Below are positions 1 through 13,064 of a stretch of 64,000 bases of DNA, piece after piece. The notes beneath the pieces are model-generated. The model saw only the letters and a list, made by a program, of their open reading frames with translations, was not told the DNA's origin and did not search any database. Numbering within the stretch: position 1 is the stretch's first letter; every line of letters starts with the position of its first letter. This stretch comes from Octopus sinensis (taxonomy: Eukaryota): the NCBI RefSeq assembly GCF_006345805.1, contig NC_043000.1, forward strand, positions 18,538,001-18,602,000, read 5' to 3'. A program made the position numbers and the translations under genes.

Positions 1-880
1 TTCAATGCTATGATCTTGACATCGTTGCTTTATCTGAGACGAGATTACCTGGAGATGGTCATCTTACAGAATCTTGTGGAAAATATACATTCTTTTGGAA
101 AGGGAGAGATGAAGAGTTTAGAGGAGAAGCTGGAGTGGCATTTGCTGTTAAGACTTCTCTTGTGGACAAGTTGGAAGAATTCCCAATCAGAATTAATGAG
201 CGTCTTATGTCCATGAGAATTCCTTTGGCTAAAGGAAATTATATGACCTTGGTGAGTATGTATGCTCCAACTATGTGCTATACTGATGACGAAAAACTTT
301 CTTTCTACCATGCTTTGAAGAGCATTATAAGAAATATCCCTCGGGCAGACAAAGTCATCATACTGGGTGACTTTAATGCTAGAGTGGGTAGGGATTTTAA
401 CACATGGACTGTAATTGGAAAGCATGGGGTGGGGAAGTGTAATAGTAATGGCATGCTTTTGCTGCTAGATGTGTGTGGAACTGCGTCTGTGTGTTACCAA
501 TACCCTGTTTCAACAAAAGAATAAGTTTAAGACTACATGGATGCACCCTGCATCTAAAGAATGGCATATTCTGGATTACATCCTTGTTAGGGTGCGTGAC
601 AGACAGGATGTGCAGTGTGTTCGTATTCTTCGTGGAGCTGAGTGTTGGACTGATCACCGCCTAGTACGTGCAAAAGTGAAATTAGTCACAAAGCATAAAA
701 TCCGAGCTGCAGGGATGTCCCTGCCTAAAAGACTGAATGTTGATCGTCTTAGGTATAATAGTGTGGAGAGAACTTTACGAGAGGAAATGAATGCTGCAGA
801 TATTGGGGAGGATTGGCTGACCCTTAAAAAGTCAGTTTATGATATAGGCAAGAAAGTTCTGGGATTGATACAAAGAAAAC
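1..880 (+). mobile_element. RTE-clade LINE fragment: apurinic-endonuclease (APE) domain, frameshifted near 465
   Basis: Translation gives DIVALSETR...GVAFAV...SMYAPT...ILGDFNARVG...TWMHP...WHILDYILV...TDHRLV, the conserved APE motifs of RTE elements. The fragment is truncated at a (CATA)n microsatellite. Confidence 0.9.
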
Positions 881-1284
881 ATACATACATACATACATAT
901 ATATATGTATGAGTTAGAGGTTAAGAAACCGTCTAAGGGATATCAAATATCCAATATACTGCTGGATGTGTATCTAAGTATTTATAACCAAGTGCTTACT
1001 ATTGTATGGCAATATCACAATTGAGTATTAGGTATGGGTGGGGGTAAATTAGAAATTTACCCAGGAATTTATAATGCAAATAAGAAAATGGAGAGGGTAT
1101 ACAATTGACAAACATCAGCCAGTAAATATTCAATTATATCTATTTATTAAATGATTAATAAACATATGTGTGAGTGATACAAATTAATGAATGAAATAAA
1201 TCAATAACAGCATAAAGAGATACACACACGCACATGCACACACACACAAACACATATATATATAGAAACAAATGATATGTATAT

Positions 1285-1316
1285 ATGTATCTATATCTAT
1301 ATCTATCTATCTATCA

Positions 1317-1388
<72 letters not shown>

Positions 1389-1392
1389 GTCA

Positions 1393-1437
<45 letters not shown>

Positions 1438-1473
1438 TCTACCTACCTACCTATCAGTCTGTCTGTCTGTCTA

Positions 1474-1569
<96 letters not shown>

Positions 1570-1570
1570 A
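1285..1570. repeat. Compound (TATC)n/(TGTC)n/(TC)n/(TA)n microsatellite
   Basis: Read directly; it explains the overlapping YLSI ORFs. Confidence 0.97.
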
Positions 1571-1571
1571 A

Positions 1572-2497
1572 TATATATTATTATATGTAGAAAAATACAA
1601 ACTGGGACAAGAACGTAAAACATTTAGAAGACGTTACAAAAAACACGGACGGGACATTCGAAGCCTTCAATCTTCAGTCAAGAACCGGATCATCCTAGCA
1701 ATTTCGGCTGATTAATCTTGAGATCGCTCCAATCCGGCCAGCCCCAAGGAAAAACTAAGCTACGAGCATTAGATTTCTTGGAAGAAGGATCGAATGCATA
1801 CGAAACAGGGACAGAAAAACGGACGATGCCACACGAATATAAATACAAAAAACAATAATGGTAAAAGCAGGACAAAAACAGCGGGTGTCTTACGACTAAT
1901 AAACAGTACAAGTTTAGCAGGTGTATTTGGAAAAAATGCCTTTATCGGCAGATGAAGACAACGATGTTCTCACGGCAGTGGTCGAAGGCCAAAAGGCTGA
2001 TTTTGACCAGCGGTCACGTGAGGGAAGAGAGAGAAAAGAAAGGGGGCAAAGGAAACAAAGAGAGAGAGAGAAAGAGGGACGAAGGCAACAAAGAGGGGAG
2101 AAGAGAGAGAAAGAAGGAATTAAAGAGGGGAGAAAGAGTGCATGCCAAGGATTGGCTTGTGAGTGCAAAGTGAGAAAGACAGAAATGTGAGAGAGTGGGG
2201 GAAGAGTAGACCAAAGAATCAGAGGCAAGAAAAGAGAAAAGGAGGAGAAGTAGAGAGAGAGAGAAGGGGACAGATCAGAGTAGAGTGCAAAGTGTGAAAA
2301 GCGGAGAAATGTAGGAGAGAGAGACAGTGTGTAGAGTCGTACCAAATTATAGGAATATGTACTTACATAAGGCCAACGAGGATACGGACGCTGCTATATA
2401 TATTATTATATGTAGAAAAATACAAACTGGGACAAGAACATAAAACATTTAGAAGACGATACAAAAAGCACGGACGGGACATTCGAAGCTTTCAGTA
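1572..2497. mobile_element. Partial-tandem repeat element (Penelope-like pseudo-LTR architecture)
   Basis: A ~100-bp direct repeat (tattatatgtagaaaaatacaaactgggacaagaac...cgggacattcgaagc) occurs at ~1572 and ~2395 around an AG-rich interior, with microsatellites on both sides. Confidence 0.55.
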
Positions 2498-2700
2498 CAT
2501 ATGTGTGTGTGTGTGTGTGTGTGCATGTATGTATATGTATATAATTTGTATCACTCGCACATATGTTCATAATCATTTAATCAATAGATATAACTAAATG
2601 TTTACTGGCTGATGTATGTCGATTGTATGTTCTCTCCATTTTCCAATTTGCCTCAACCACACGTGAATCGTTGGAAATTTTCTTCCTTCGTCTTCCCTCT

Positions 2701-2736
2701 GTTTCCGAAGAAGAGCATCTGCTCGAAACGTTAAAC
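2701..2736 (+). ncRNA. Minimal type I hammerhead ribozyme variant (U4C core)
   Basis: gttt-CCGAAGA-A-GAGC atct GCTC-GAAA-CG-TT-aaac, with palindromic AACGTT at stem III. Confidence 0.6.
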
Positions 2737-2832
2737 CATCTTTCTATCCTTTCCTCAGCGTCTGCTAATACATTACATGTACCACGCCCTCGTGTTGTTG
2801 TATTTTTTGTGTTTGCTCTTTTTGGGGACTTA

Positions 2833-2860
<28 letters not shown>

Positions 2861-2867
<7 letters not shown>

Positions 2868-3330
2868 ACAAGATAAGGGCAGAAGAATCCGGATTCTATC
2901 ACTCTGTGAAAGTTTCTAGTTCGAATCACACGTGTCTCGAGGTGCGCAGAAGATTTTTCTATTTTTGATATATTTGGGGTACTTAAGTCTGCTCAGGACT
3001 TAGTGCTTGCTTCTTCCATGGGTATGAATAAGTATTTCATTTATATCTCGCGTGTTTGCCGCTGAAGAGGGGAAAATTTCTTGTGAATTAACCCCGAAAT
3101 TGGACCAATACGGTAATAACGAATTTTTTAGAGATTTCTATCAGTTTGTTTCGAGACGCATAAATTTAATGGTGATCGACAAATTTTTTGTTTCGGCGTA
3201 TCTGGCATTAGAATTTTTCTTCTGCCCTTATCTTGTAAATTATGTATAAATTTTACCTTTAAAGGCATTTTTTGATATGCTGGCCATTGATAAAATTTTT
3301 TTTCCGAAAAAAGTTTTATCCTATATTAAT
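2861..3330 (+). mobile_element. Penelope-like pseudo-LTR element with short inverted arm
   Basis: 2861-2886 is the reverse complement of ~3217-3243. It contains the hammerhead at 3056, and its 3' part aligns by eye to 32470-32725. It sits in (TA)n. Confidence 0.65.
3056..3116 (+). ncRNA. Type I hammerhead ribozyme
   Basis: ttgccg-CTGAAGA-GGGG...CCCC-GAAA-TTGG a CCAA-TA-cggtaa: full core, three stems, predicted cleavage after 3110. Confidence 0.85.
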
Positions 3331-3349
3331 TATATACATATATATAAAG

Positions 3350-5110
3350 ACATGCTTTTGAAGCCATCTTGGATAGAAGAATTTTGGAGCTCTGTTGTAA
3401 GGTAGGACTCTTGTTTTGGGGTCCAGTGGAGGTTGTAGTTTGCGGTAATAATTTTTTGTACAAGCAAGAAATCCTCAGTGGATTCTAAACTCTAGTCTGC
3501 CTGCAGTGGAGTGAATATTTTTTCTCAATTGTGGGAATTTTTGTTTGGAGGCGTATCCCGCTTCCAAGGTAGTGGTTCATGTTAAGTGAAAATTTTTTTC
3601 TCACTTAATTGTGAGAATTGTTGCTTGGAGGAGTATCGTGCCTCCTAAAAATTTGTTCACTTTTGTGAATTTTTAAAATAATTGTGAGAATTGCTGTATT
3701 GGAGGAGTGTCTTTGCCTCCGAAGATTGAACGACTTGTATACCAGTTTTTGTGGAAGTTGTGTTCCAGTTGTAGCGTTCCAGGTTCGACCTTGGCCGGGA
3801 GTACCTAGTGGCCAGAAGATTTTTTTGCTGTGTTTTTGAACTCTTGACTTTCTTTCTTCTAAACTTTTTTTACTTTCTTTTTTCGTGAATTGTTTTCCTT
3901 TTCTTCCTGCTGTTTTATTGTGACTTTCTTTTGATTTCTTTTTTCCTTTTTCTTCTCTCTTTTTAAGTTTTATTTTGAACTATTTTCGAACTTTTATTAC
4001 AAAAAAAAACCCCCAAAAAAACATGGCAATGAAAAAAGACAATATTTTGGAGTGGGAAATTATACCACCCAAACTGGTTGAAAGACCGCAAAGAGAGGAC
4101 GGTGGTGTTGAGGACTTACTCCAAGTCGCTTGATACCATCGCCCTTTATGAAAAGACTGTAATTGAAAAGGAGTTGGCAGAGTATCTACCAACTATTAAA
4201 TTCATTTCCAGTGGGATCAAATACGCAACGGTGTGGTTGCTATTTGGCACCCCTGAAGAGGCTCGCAAATTTGCGAGCCAGCCCTTAGAGGGCAAAGAAA
4301 TTTTGTTTCTTCCCACGTATTGTGGGAAGAGGTTGACAAGAGCTTGGGTCAGCGGGTTTCCACCTGGGATAAAACCCGAGTGGATAGAGATTATCTGCTG
4401 GGGTCTGGGTGGCAGCGGAGCCAAGCTCCTTAATGTGAAAGTTTTTCCTGCAGTTGATTGGGTTGGGTCAAAAGCTTGTTTTGACCCTTTGGACCCAATT
4501 AGCCAATCTGGTTTTTCCAGATTTTTTGAAGATGGCCGGGTGCAGGTACCCGGTGATTCTTGAGGGTCGTCCACCCCCAGGTGTCATCGGTGCCTGGAGC
4601 CTGACCATATAAAGAAAAACTGTGCCGTCAACGGTAGAATTGGATATCACGCCCCCGGAGGAAGACGAATTATTGGTCTTCTTCTATAGAAGCAGAGAGG
4701 TAGAAAAGGTGGTGGAAATGCACCATAAGGGAGCACTTTTAGCCTGCACACAGGATCCCGAATAGCCTCCGCAGATAGCTGTGGAGGTCATAATGTTGCC
4801 CATGTTGAATAGGCTGAAAGTACTCAATGCGGAATATCGCTTGTACGCGGGTGATGCCGACACGGCACTCGCTTTGATCTTGAATGAGGCGTGGATGATG
4901 GCGGAGTATGTGGGCACAAGCGATGTTGAGGAGGAATAGTGATAAGAAGTTGAAAAGCCTCAGCGTTATTGAAAGTTCCGAGTTTGGAAAGAAAAGTAAG
5001 AGGCTTAGCACCTCATTTTGTTATTGAATATTGTGAACAGTGTAGAGTTTTGTTGCCTCATGAAAAATATACAAGAGATCAATGTTCTCGGAAAAAAATC
5101 GATCGGCGGG
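3350..5110 (+). mobile_element. 5' part of a Tx1/L1-like non-LTR retrotransposon: repetitive 5'UTR plus degraded gag-like ORF1 (from ATG ~4023)
   Basis: A CCHC knuckle CHRCLEPDHIKKNC is encoded at ~4582-4623. The ORF is frameshifted. Three ~75-bp diverged tandem units (aattgtg(g/a)gaatt...ggagg) lie at ~3527-3722. Confidence 0.6.
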
Positions 5111-5228
5111 CGTCGTTTTTACCCCCATTAATCATCATTTTTATTTTCATTTCATATAACATGTCTACGTCCAGCCCGTAGCTTCTTTTCTCTATGTAAG
5201 GCCTTAAAGCCAATATAATGAAATAAAG

Positions 5229-5492
5229 AAACTTACTTCCCAACCACATGGTTACAGGCTCAGTACCTCTGCATGTCATCTTGGGCAAGTGTCTTCTATG
5301 GTCTCGGGCCACCAAAGCCTTGTGTGTGGATCTGGTAGGCGGAAACTGAAACAAGCCCATTGAATGTGTATATATATGTGCATGTTTGTTAAGTGTGTGT
5401 CTGTGTACGTGTGTATGCGTGTATCTATGCGTGTTTGTATTTGTGCCTGTATTTATCCCCGCCTCCATCACCATTTGACAACCGGTGTTGGC
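5229..5492 (+). mobile_element. Degenerate tRNA-derived SINE (family A)
   Basis: Matches the 18422-18820 copy (cttgggcaagtgtcttct...ggaaactgaaa). Confidence 0.8.
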
Positions 5493-5751
5493 GTGGATTT
5501 TAGTTTTAAGTACTTTTTAGTTTCTTTTAAAGGTGACGAACTAGGCAAATTCTACTGTAGAAATCTTGTTCTGTACTTTTCCAGGTGTAATAACCTAAGC
5601 ATATTAACATGCATACGCTTACATTCTTCAAATCCAGGAAAATTCTTCATTCCATACAACTACTGTCTCACAGCAAAGCTAAAAGTGACGCCCATAATGG
5701 ATTTTTTTCTCCGTTATTTTGGACAGAGCTGCTGTTACATACAGCGATCTC

Positions 5752-6394
5752 GGATCTTTTCCTTTTGAACAGCAGTTTAGTTAACTAAACACTTTTAAAC
5801 TTCGTATACTGGTAGAATGTGTTTATAAAACATCATTTTTTCTTGGCTTTATTGAGAAAATTCTATATGTTGTAACATATTTCGACTTTAATTTCGAGCA
5901 TTTCGGCAATTTTAACCAATTGCTGACCTCCATTGACATAAACAACATTCTGTGCTGTATGAATATGTCCGTCTTTTAAGAAACAGATTGAATTTATTTA
6001 CATTTGCGAAGGAAAAACCATACCCTTCCCCCACCCCTAACCATAACTCTAACCCTAACCCTAAAATTGATTGAAAGGCAATATATCGATACTAGGGTTA
6101 TAATTATGGGTGACAATTTCATACGATACCGCCACAGAAAATGGGATTTTTTTCTAGCAGTGTCAAATGAAATACAACACGGAATGTTGTTTATGTCAAT
6201 GGAGGTCAGCGATTGGTTAAAATTGCCGAAATGCTCGAAATTAAAGTCGAAATATGTTACAACATATAAAATTTTCTCAATAAAGCCAAGAAAAAATGAT
6301 GTTTTATAAACACATTCTACCAGTATACGAAGTTTAAAAGTGTTTAGTTAACTAGAAATTGTGTTGAAAACTGCCGTTCAAAAGGAAAAGATCC
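5752..6394. mobile_element. MITE with ~210-bp TIRs and 8-bp TSD (Merlin- or hAT-like)
   Basis: Termini are GGATCTTTTCCTTTTGAAC...GTTCAAAAGGAAAAGATCC. TSD GCGATCTC lies at 5744-5751 and 6395-6402. An internal CCCTAA-like run is at ~6033-6065. Confidence 0.92.
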
Positions 6395-8079
6395 GCGATC
6401 TCCACGATGACATCCAAAGAAACGACAGTCGACTCTTCAGTATGAAGCTACTCCCCAACACATTCCTGCCTCTACCCACAGTTACTTCAATGAGCTCTGC
6501 TCCTTGGATATAGCTTGTTACGTGCAATCCAAATTCCCACATCTGTTTTCCTTCCATCCATTATTGTGTATTCCCCACACCGTTTCCTGCACTACGCCAG
6601 TTCTTCCTCTCTACAAGGTCATCCCGTTGATATCCTCCAGCACATACTTTTCCTTTCAGCTCAACTTTCAAATGTTTAAGAGGAATATGAGCCACTACAA
6701 TCTCACAGCTCAAAGAGGACCTGTAACGGTTTTGGGTACAGCTCTTTTCCTCCAGGACAAACCAATAAAAAACATTTACCATTTCTGTGAATTATCTTGA
6801 GTTTCCTATACTTTTTACCAGGTATGATGTTGTTCTGAAGCTTATGGAAATAATATTCCTTCATAGATATAAACAGTTAATGATTTTTGTCACGTCTTGC
6901 AAGCCTGTTTTTGTTTAAAAAAAATTAATATACATAAAAACATAAAAATACGCATTTGCGATCACATAAATAATGATCGATATTGACATTAAGAGCCTCT
7001 ACAAATGACGATTAGCAATCAATCAATGTGGAACCTGTACGCTGTCGCTTCAAGTTCTGTTTATAGCAATTAATTTTCCTGAAAATTGCCCCCAGCAGTT
7101 TTTCCAAGAATATACAATGAATTATGTATCCTATACAGGGTATGCCCGAAAAATAACAGACAAAAGTGACCAGAGTTAGGACATCTTTGGTAATAGCTCA
7201 ACTCGATCAGGCATCAACAAGTCGTTCTGCTGAACAATTTCTACAATTCATTTCGGACTTTATATACATTCTTAATATCATCGTTGTTGTCTACGATATC
7301 TTTTCCTTGGACTTAGTTTGACAAACGACTCAGTAGCAATGCTATCTTTCTCTACGGTTAAACTGTTTTTATGACTAGTAGAGTAGCAAGATTAGTGATA
7401 TCCATGACTTTCAAAGATATTCGAGGTTTTATGGAAAAAAATGAAATAACCGCAGCTCATAGTTTTCTGTGGCAGGTAGCACCAAACCAAGATATCGAAA
7501 CTTGGTCCGAGAACTTGCAATTGGGTGGACTCTACCAAATATACTCAGAACTCAGGTGTGTGTGTGTGTAAGTGTATATGTGTACATGTGCGTCTGTGTG
7601 TGTCTCCAGTAGGACTTGCCTTTTGCTGTCATCCCTTCTCAGCAGTGTTATCACAACCCGGTTCATATCACTAACCACCTCTCGATCCCAATAGAGCACG
7701 AAATGAAAATATCTCACGGTCACCGGAAAGGGGCACAAGTGCATGAGTTCCAGAGGTTTTGGTCTCGTTAATGGCCATCACATCTGTATCAAGCAGCCTG
7801 AGGTCGTTTATCAAGTGATCATACTTCCAAACTGATTCCTAGGCTGCGCACATTTATCCACCAGATTTTGAGGTTAGTCACGTTGTCGGCGATAGAAAAG
7901 AAAAAGAGTACGAGAGGGATCACTAACATTGATCCTATAGAATGTCAGTTTGATTCAGCCTTCTTAATTAAGCGAGAAGTTTTATAAGGTCTTTGCAAAG
8001 CATTTCGATATGGCGGTTTTCTAAAATTCCCAATCAAATGAAAAATGTTTTGCTTTTAATTTTCTATATGTCTGCAAAG

Positions 8080-8585
8080 TGTAGTGACATCATTTTCCAG
8101 TGTGCGCACACGCAACGTCATTCTTAAGTGTGCGTGTGCGGAACGTCATTCTTCAGTGTGCGTGTGCGGGGCTGGAACCTTCTGGAAAGGCCTAAGGAAG
8201 TTCCCTCATGCACATGTGCAAGAGACTGGGGAAGAAAATTCTATCGCGTTCCTTGTTAGTGTCATTGACTTGAGACACGGCTATTGAGGAGAAAGGACGT
8301 GTTCAATGTGTGATCTGCCTATTCTCCTGTCCCAGACGCTTAGAATTTGACCTGCTCTGTTGCTGCTGAATTTGTTGTAAGAATCTTACAAATATTAAAA
8401 TTCAGCCTTGCTATATCGAACCAAGTGGATACCAATATATCAACGTACTTCTTTTGTAAATAAGAAATAAAGAGTATATATATTTTTAAGGTTGCGTTCT
8501 TGTTCCTGACTGGTAGTTTCTGGAAATTAAAGAAAGGAAATTGGTTGCACCCGAACAGTGTAAAGAATTAACCAGTTCCATTACA
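8080..8585 (+). mobile_element. Solo LTR (Gypsy-like, 4-bp TSD)
   Basis: Termini TGTAGTG...CATTACA; TSD AAAG at 8076-8079 and 8586-8589; internal AATAAA; 3' part similar to 46822-47376. Confidence 0.85.
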
Positions 8586-8769
8586 AAAGCAATTTGTATT
8601 AATAGTCTATATTGGGAAGATTTGGAGAGGAACTCATCAAAGCTTTTCCCATTAATGTCAATGTTTGTTTTTGTTTTTGCTTTTAGACCTTCTCCATCAA
8701 CATGACATATGTTGATCTTTCGATCTTTCAACTGAGAGCACCGAAAGGCTTCATACATCATTGGAACAG

Positions 8770-9140
8770 GCCTGGTTCTGTGTTCAGTCCAATTGCATGA
8801 CACCTCCAATAAGTGTCTTCTACGATAGCCTCGGGCCTGCCAAAGCCTTATGAGTAGATTTGGTTGACGGAAACTAAAAAACGTCCAACGTGTGTGTGTG
8901 TGCATGCATGTGTGTTCACGTGCATGTGTGTGCGTGCGTATGTGTCTTTGTGTTTATGTTTTCCCCCAACACTGCTTAATAATTGGTGTTGGTTTGTCTG
9001 TTACCGTAACTAGCATTTCGGCTGAGGAAACATATAGAATATGTAAGTACCAGATTAAAAAAAAAAAGTATTGAGGTCGATTCGTTCGACTAAAAAACCT
9101 TCAAGGCTGTAGTCATGACTGCAACAAGTAAAAAAAAAAA
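8770..9140 (+). mobile_element. Degenerate SINE (family A)
   Basis: Similar to the 18422-18820 body and tail. Confidence 0.75.
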
Positions 9141-11035
9141 GAAATCTATTTGAAATCTGAAATCACGAGCACTTTCCGATCCATCGAAATAATATCATGG
9201 ATTTTTGTTTCCAGCCTTGTACATCTGTCTTTGAATCTCACCAACCATTAAAGCTTACACTTTGTATGGTCAAGTCACCTTATTACTCATCTAAGATCAA
9301 GCTCTCCCCGAGACACTGCATGCTTCCGGTTTTTAATTAATCGTCTGCATGTTGGACAAAATGCTTAGCTGCAACACATCCGTTTTTACGCTCTGAATTC
9401 AAATTCCGCCGAGGGTCGACTTTGGCTTTAATCCTTTTAGGGTCGATAAAATAAGTACCAGTTGAGCACTGGGATCGATGTAATCGATCTCCCACTCCCC
9501 TGAACCTGCTGGTTATGTACCAAAATTTGAAACCAATATTTTAGAGTTGTTTCTCTTAACTTTTAACAAAAATTACCATCTACATTAATGATTTTTTTTC
9601 TTTACATTTCAGGCACTGTTTTGATAGGTAAAAACATATTTTCTGGATTTTTTATATTCATATGTTAGCATTTGCCTAAGTATTTGTTTGTTGTCAATAT
9701 ATAATGTTACAAGATCAGTTCTTTTTTTGTTATTACATCGGTTTTTTGTGTAGACTCTCTGATGAGCGTAAGGTTTATTTAAGCTGCATAATTAAATTTA
9801 TCATAATGATGTTAATTATCCACCTATTAAAGACAGAATTGATATTTTTTGCTTCTAAAAGTATTTGATTCTTGCTTCTAAAGAGATATTTGATAAAATA
9901 TGCGAAAAAATTGATCTGAAAAACTATATTTAGTAAAAAGTATCACTGAGAGTGTCTCCGCTTTCACAGAACAAAGAAAGATTTTTTTCAAAACCTAGCA
10001 ATGATAAAATTTTGAGCAGTTATATCCAGTTTCTGCGTTAAAAGGGTTGGTAACCATTTCTCTAATCCGGCATTTTCTAGTGTGTTTTTAATACCACTAC
10101 CATACCACAAGGACCATTTGGATGACATAGGATGGAGATTGACCAACCAGTTTTTTGTAATTTAACAAGCCATCCCACGAGGACCATTTTGGCAGTTTGG
10201 GATAAAAATCAGTTTTGATGTGATTTAACAAGTCATCAGGATTCACTCAAGATATCAAGATGCAGAGGAAGGTTATTTATTAAAACTGAATATCATACTA
10301 GGTATGTTTCATTTACATAAGCGTACAATGTTGATTGATTGGTTTCTTATTAAAAGCTAAATGAGTCTTACTTAATTTTTCATTTTAATCCACACTTACC
10401 CATAATTTAAAACTCTATTTAGTTTCACCATTAATCCCCGTTTATTTAGCTCGCTAATCCAGTTGCTGTAATTTTTCTGTCTCATAAAATTCCCTTATTT
10501 CACAATCACAGTGCAATAGTTGTTTCCAGTATAGGCATAAGTCCTTAAATATGTGGGAGTAGTTTAGTCGGTACCATCACTCCTAGTCACCTCAAGTACC
10601 TAATTGGCACTATGTGTTACAGACTTGACTGAAAAGATGAAGGACAGAATCAGAAGAATATGGAACGGAATGCTTAGAAGATCTTATTCCAATTCTTTAC
10701 ATTCTAAGTTCAAGTTCTGTCGAGGTCAACTTAGTCTTTCATCCTTCCGGGTAATGAGTTGGAGTTGATAAAATAAAGTACTAGTCATGTAGTGGGAATG
10801 ATACAATAGTATGTTCCCTATTTGTGCTTATGTTAAGAAACAGTTACTATACTGAGGCAAGGTCGAAGAATGGCAGAATGAAAAGCGCTTAGGACAAAAT
10901 ACCTGGCGGTAATTAACTGCATCGCTTTAAGCTCTGAGTTCAAATCCCGCCTTGATCAGTTTTGCCTTTCATTCTTTCAGAGTCAATAAAATAAAATATC
11001 CGTCAAGCACTGAAGTTATTAAGGGCGATGATATT

Positions 11036-11266
11036 TATTTCTTTACTACCCACAAGGGGCTAAACACAGAGGAGACAAACAAGGACAGACAAACGGATTA
11101 AGTCGATTACATCGACTCCAGTGTGTAACTGGTACTTATTTAATCGACCCCGAAAGGATGAAAGGCAAAGTCGACCTCGGCGGAATTTGAACTCAGAACC
11201 TAACGGCAGACGAAATACGGCTACGCATTTCGCCTGGTGTGCTACTGTTTCTGCCAGCTCGCCACC
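11036..11266 (-). mobile_element. tRNA-derived SINE (family B) with ~19-bp TSD
   Basis: Reverse complement of the ggcggcgagctggcag... family; flanked by TATTAAGGGCGATGATATT on both sides. Confidence 0.92.
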
Positions 11267-11394
11267 TATTAAGGGCGATGATATTGCTTAACCCTCCTCA
11301 AATTTTAGCCCTTATGCCTTCGTCAGAAACAATTATTATATTGAGATTGTGGAAGGATTAGCAAATAGGGGATTGGATAAAAGCGTCACACATC

Positions 11395-11503
11395 TGTTTA
11401 GGCAGATTATCTGACAGATAATCAATGAATTATCTGTCAGATAATTAATGAATTATTTGTCAGATAATCTGCCTAAACATTGATTATCTGACAGATAATC
11501 AAT
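11395..11503. repeat. Nested palindromic array built from ATTATCTGACAGATAAT
   Basis: Four copies of a self-complementary ~17-mer; the first three are enclosed by tgtttaggcag/ctgcctaaaca. Confidence 0.85.
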
Positions 11504-11977
11504 GGATTTCTTGAATGCATATCTGAACTGATCTTACTGGGTCATGCAAACGAGATGTTTTAATCTTTGCCCATCCTGCGTATCATATGTGATTCACAGG
11601 ACTTATTCGTCTGGCGTCCATACATGATATGTGATATATATTCCTAATTTTTTTCAACCACCTGGGTAACTAGAGACTTATGAAAAGAATGCGTTATATT
11701 ACTCAAAACGTATGAAATAAAAGTTTGAAAACAAGCAAGGACGTTTAGGCAAAGGGTTAAATATATAACTTTAGGCTACATGTATCTCGGCATCTTGTGA
11801 AGAAGAATTGAGGAAATTCTGGTGACTTTCTAAATTACATAGAAACTGACCTTCATCCCAAGTTGCCTAAATAGTCCTCGTGGGTTTAATTTTGCAATGA
11901 TTACAAATGGCATTTAGAGAATACTGGATTAAAGAGGTGGTTAGTAGATGGGCTAGATAAGTCACACACATGCGCAC

Positions 11978-12008
<31 letters not shown>

Positions 12009-12312
12009 TGTATGTATGTATGTATGTATGTATGTATGTATGTATGCATGTATGTATGTATGCTAATAAAAACAAGTGAATAACCTTACTATTAGTACGG
12101 TCATTCATTAGCACTAATTACTTAGTAGTGACTATGCGATCCAGAGGGATAATAATAGGAAGGTAAATTTTATTATCGTTATTACGAATTATAAATGATA
12201 TAATACTAGGACCGCTTGAGTTAACATAATTATTGTAATTGCGATATCATAATTTTTCTCGGAAAAACGTTTCGCTTGAGGTCATAAGATAAATGTACAC
12301 ATTTCAAATAAT

Positions 12313-12736
12313 GGCGATCTTTCGTCTCTAGTAGACCTTTCCGTCGATTTCCGTAAAAAAATATTTTTTCTTTACATATGGGCTTGCGGGAACTTTTGAA
12401 GTAATATACATACATATACACATACACCGAGTAAAAAATTTCAGTTATCTCTTTCTTTCACACATTACTCTGTCTCTTCACACACACTAACAGAAGCACT
12501 TCACTTACACAACATACTTTCTGTCTCCCACACCCCATCAAACACACACACACACACATGTACATCAATGCTTCCCGTGCACGGTAACTTCAAAAGAATT
12601 TCCCTCGTCATACAATCGCTTTCTCTTAGTCTCTTTCACTCTCATTACTTCAAAAGTTCCCGCAAGCCCATATGTAAAAAAAAAAATTTTTTTTACGGAA
12701 ATCGACGGAAAGGTCTACTAGAGACGAAAGATTGCC
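12313..12736. mobile_element. MITE with ~92-bp TIRs and 8-bp TSD
   Basis: Termini GGCGATCTTTCGTCTCTAGTAG.../...CTACTAGAGACGAAAGATTGCC; TSD CAAATAAT at 12305-12312 and 12737-12744. Confidence 0.92.
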
Positions 12737-13064
12737 CAAATAATAATATTATGATAATGAAAATTCATTCTTTTTTTTTTTTGGCTTATTATTTTAATAA
12801 GGCTTTTTAAGAAGAGCAAATGCAGTGTTCTTATTCTGTTTCAGAGCCCCGAGACAATTGGCAGAAAAACAGGAACTTATTCTCAAACTGGAACCCTAAT
12901 CTGTATGCATCCAACGGGGTCGATTGCAGTGATAAATGATATAATTTACACTTCTTTATTCAATGTTGTTTTTGTCAGTTTTGAGCATCGTAGAATAATG
13001 GATTAACCGCAGACGAAAAAGTTAACGTCTAGGTTCGATTTCCGCGGTTATAGCAATTTACATA

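Noticed and set aside
1655-1760. Hammerhead-like pieces on minus (CTGAAGA...GAAT; cagccGAAAttgcTA)
   Set aside because: The core halves are in the wrong order or incomplete.
1272-2345. ORFs of 60-150 aa in microsatellite or AG-rich DNA, and the many SINE/RTE-tail ORFs elsewhere
   Set aside because: They are low-complexity or repeat-derived translations that recur at every copy.
9753-9775. CTGATGA-GCGTAAG
   Set aside because: No downstream GAAA or closing stems.
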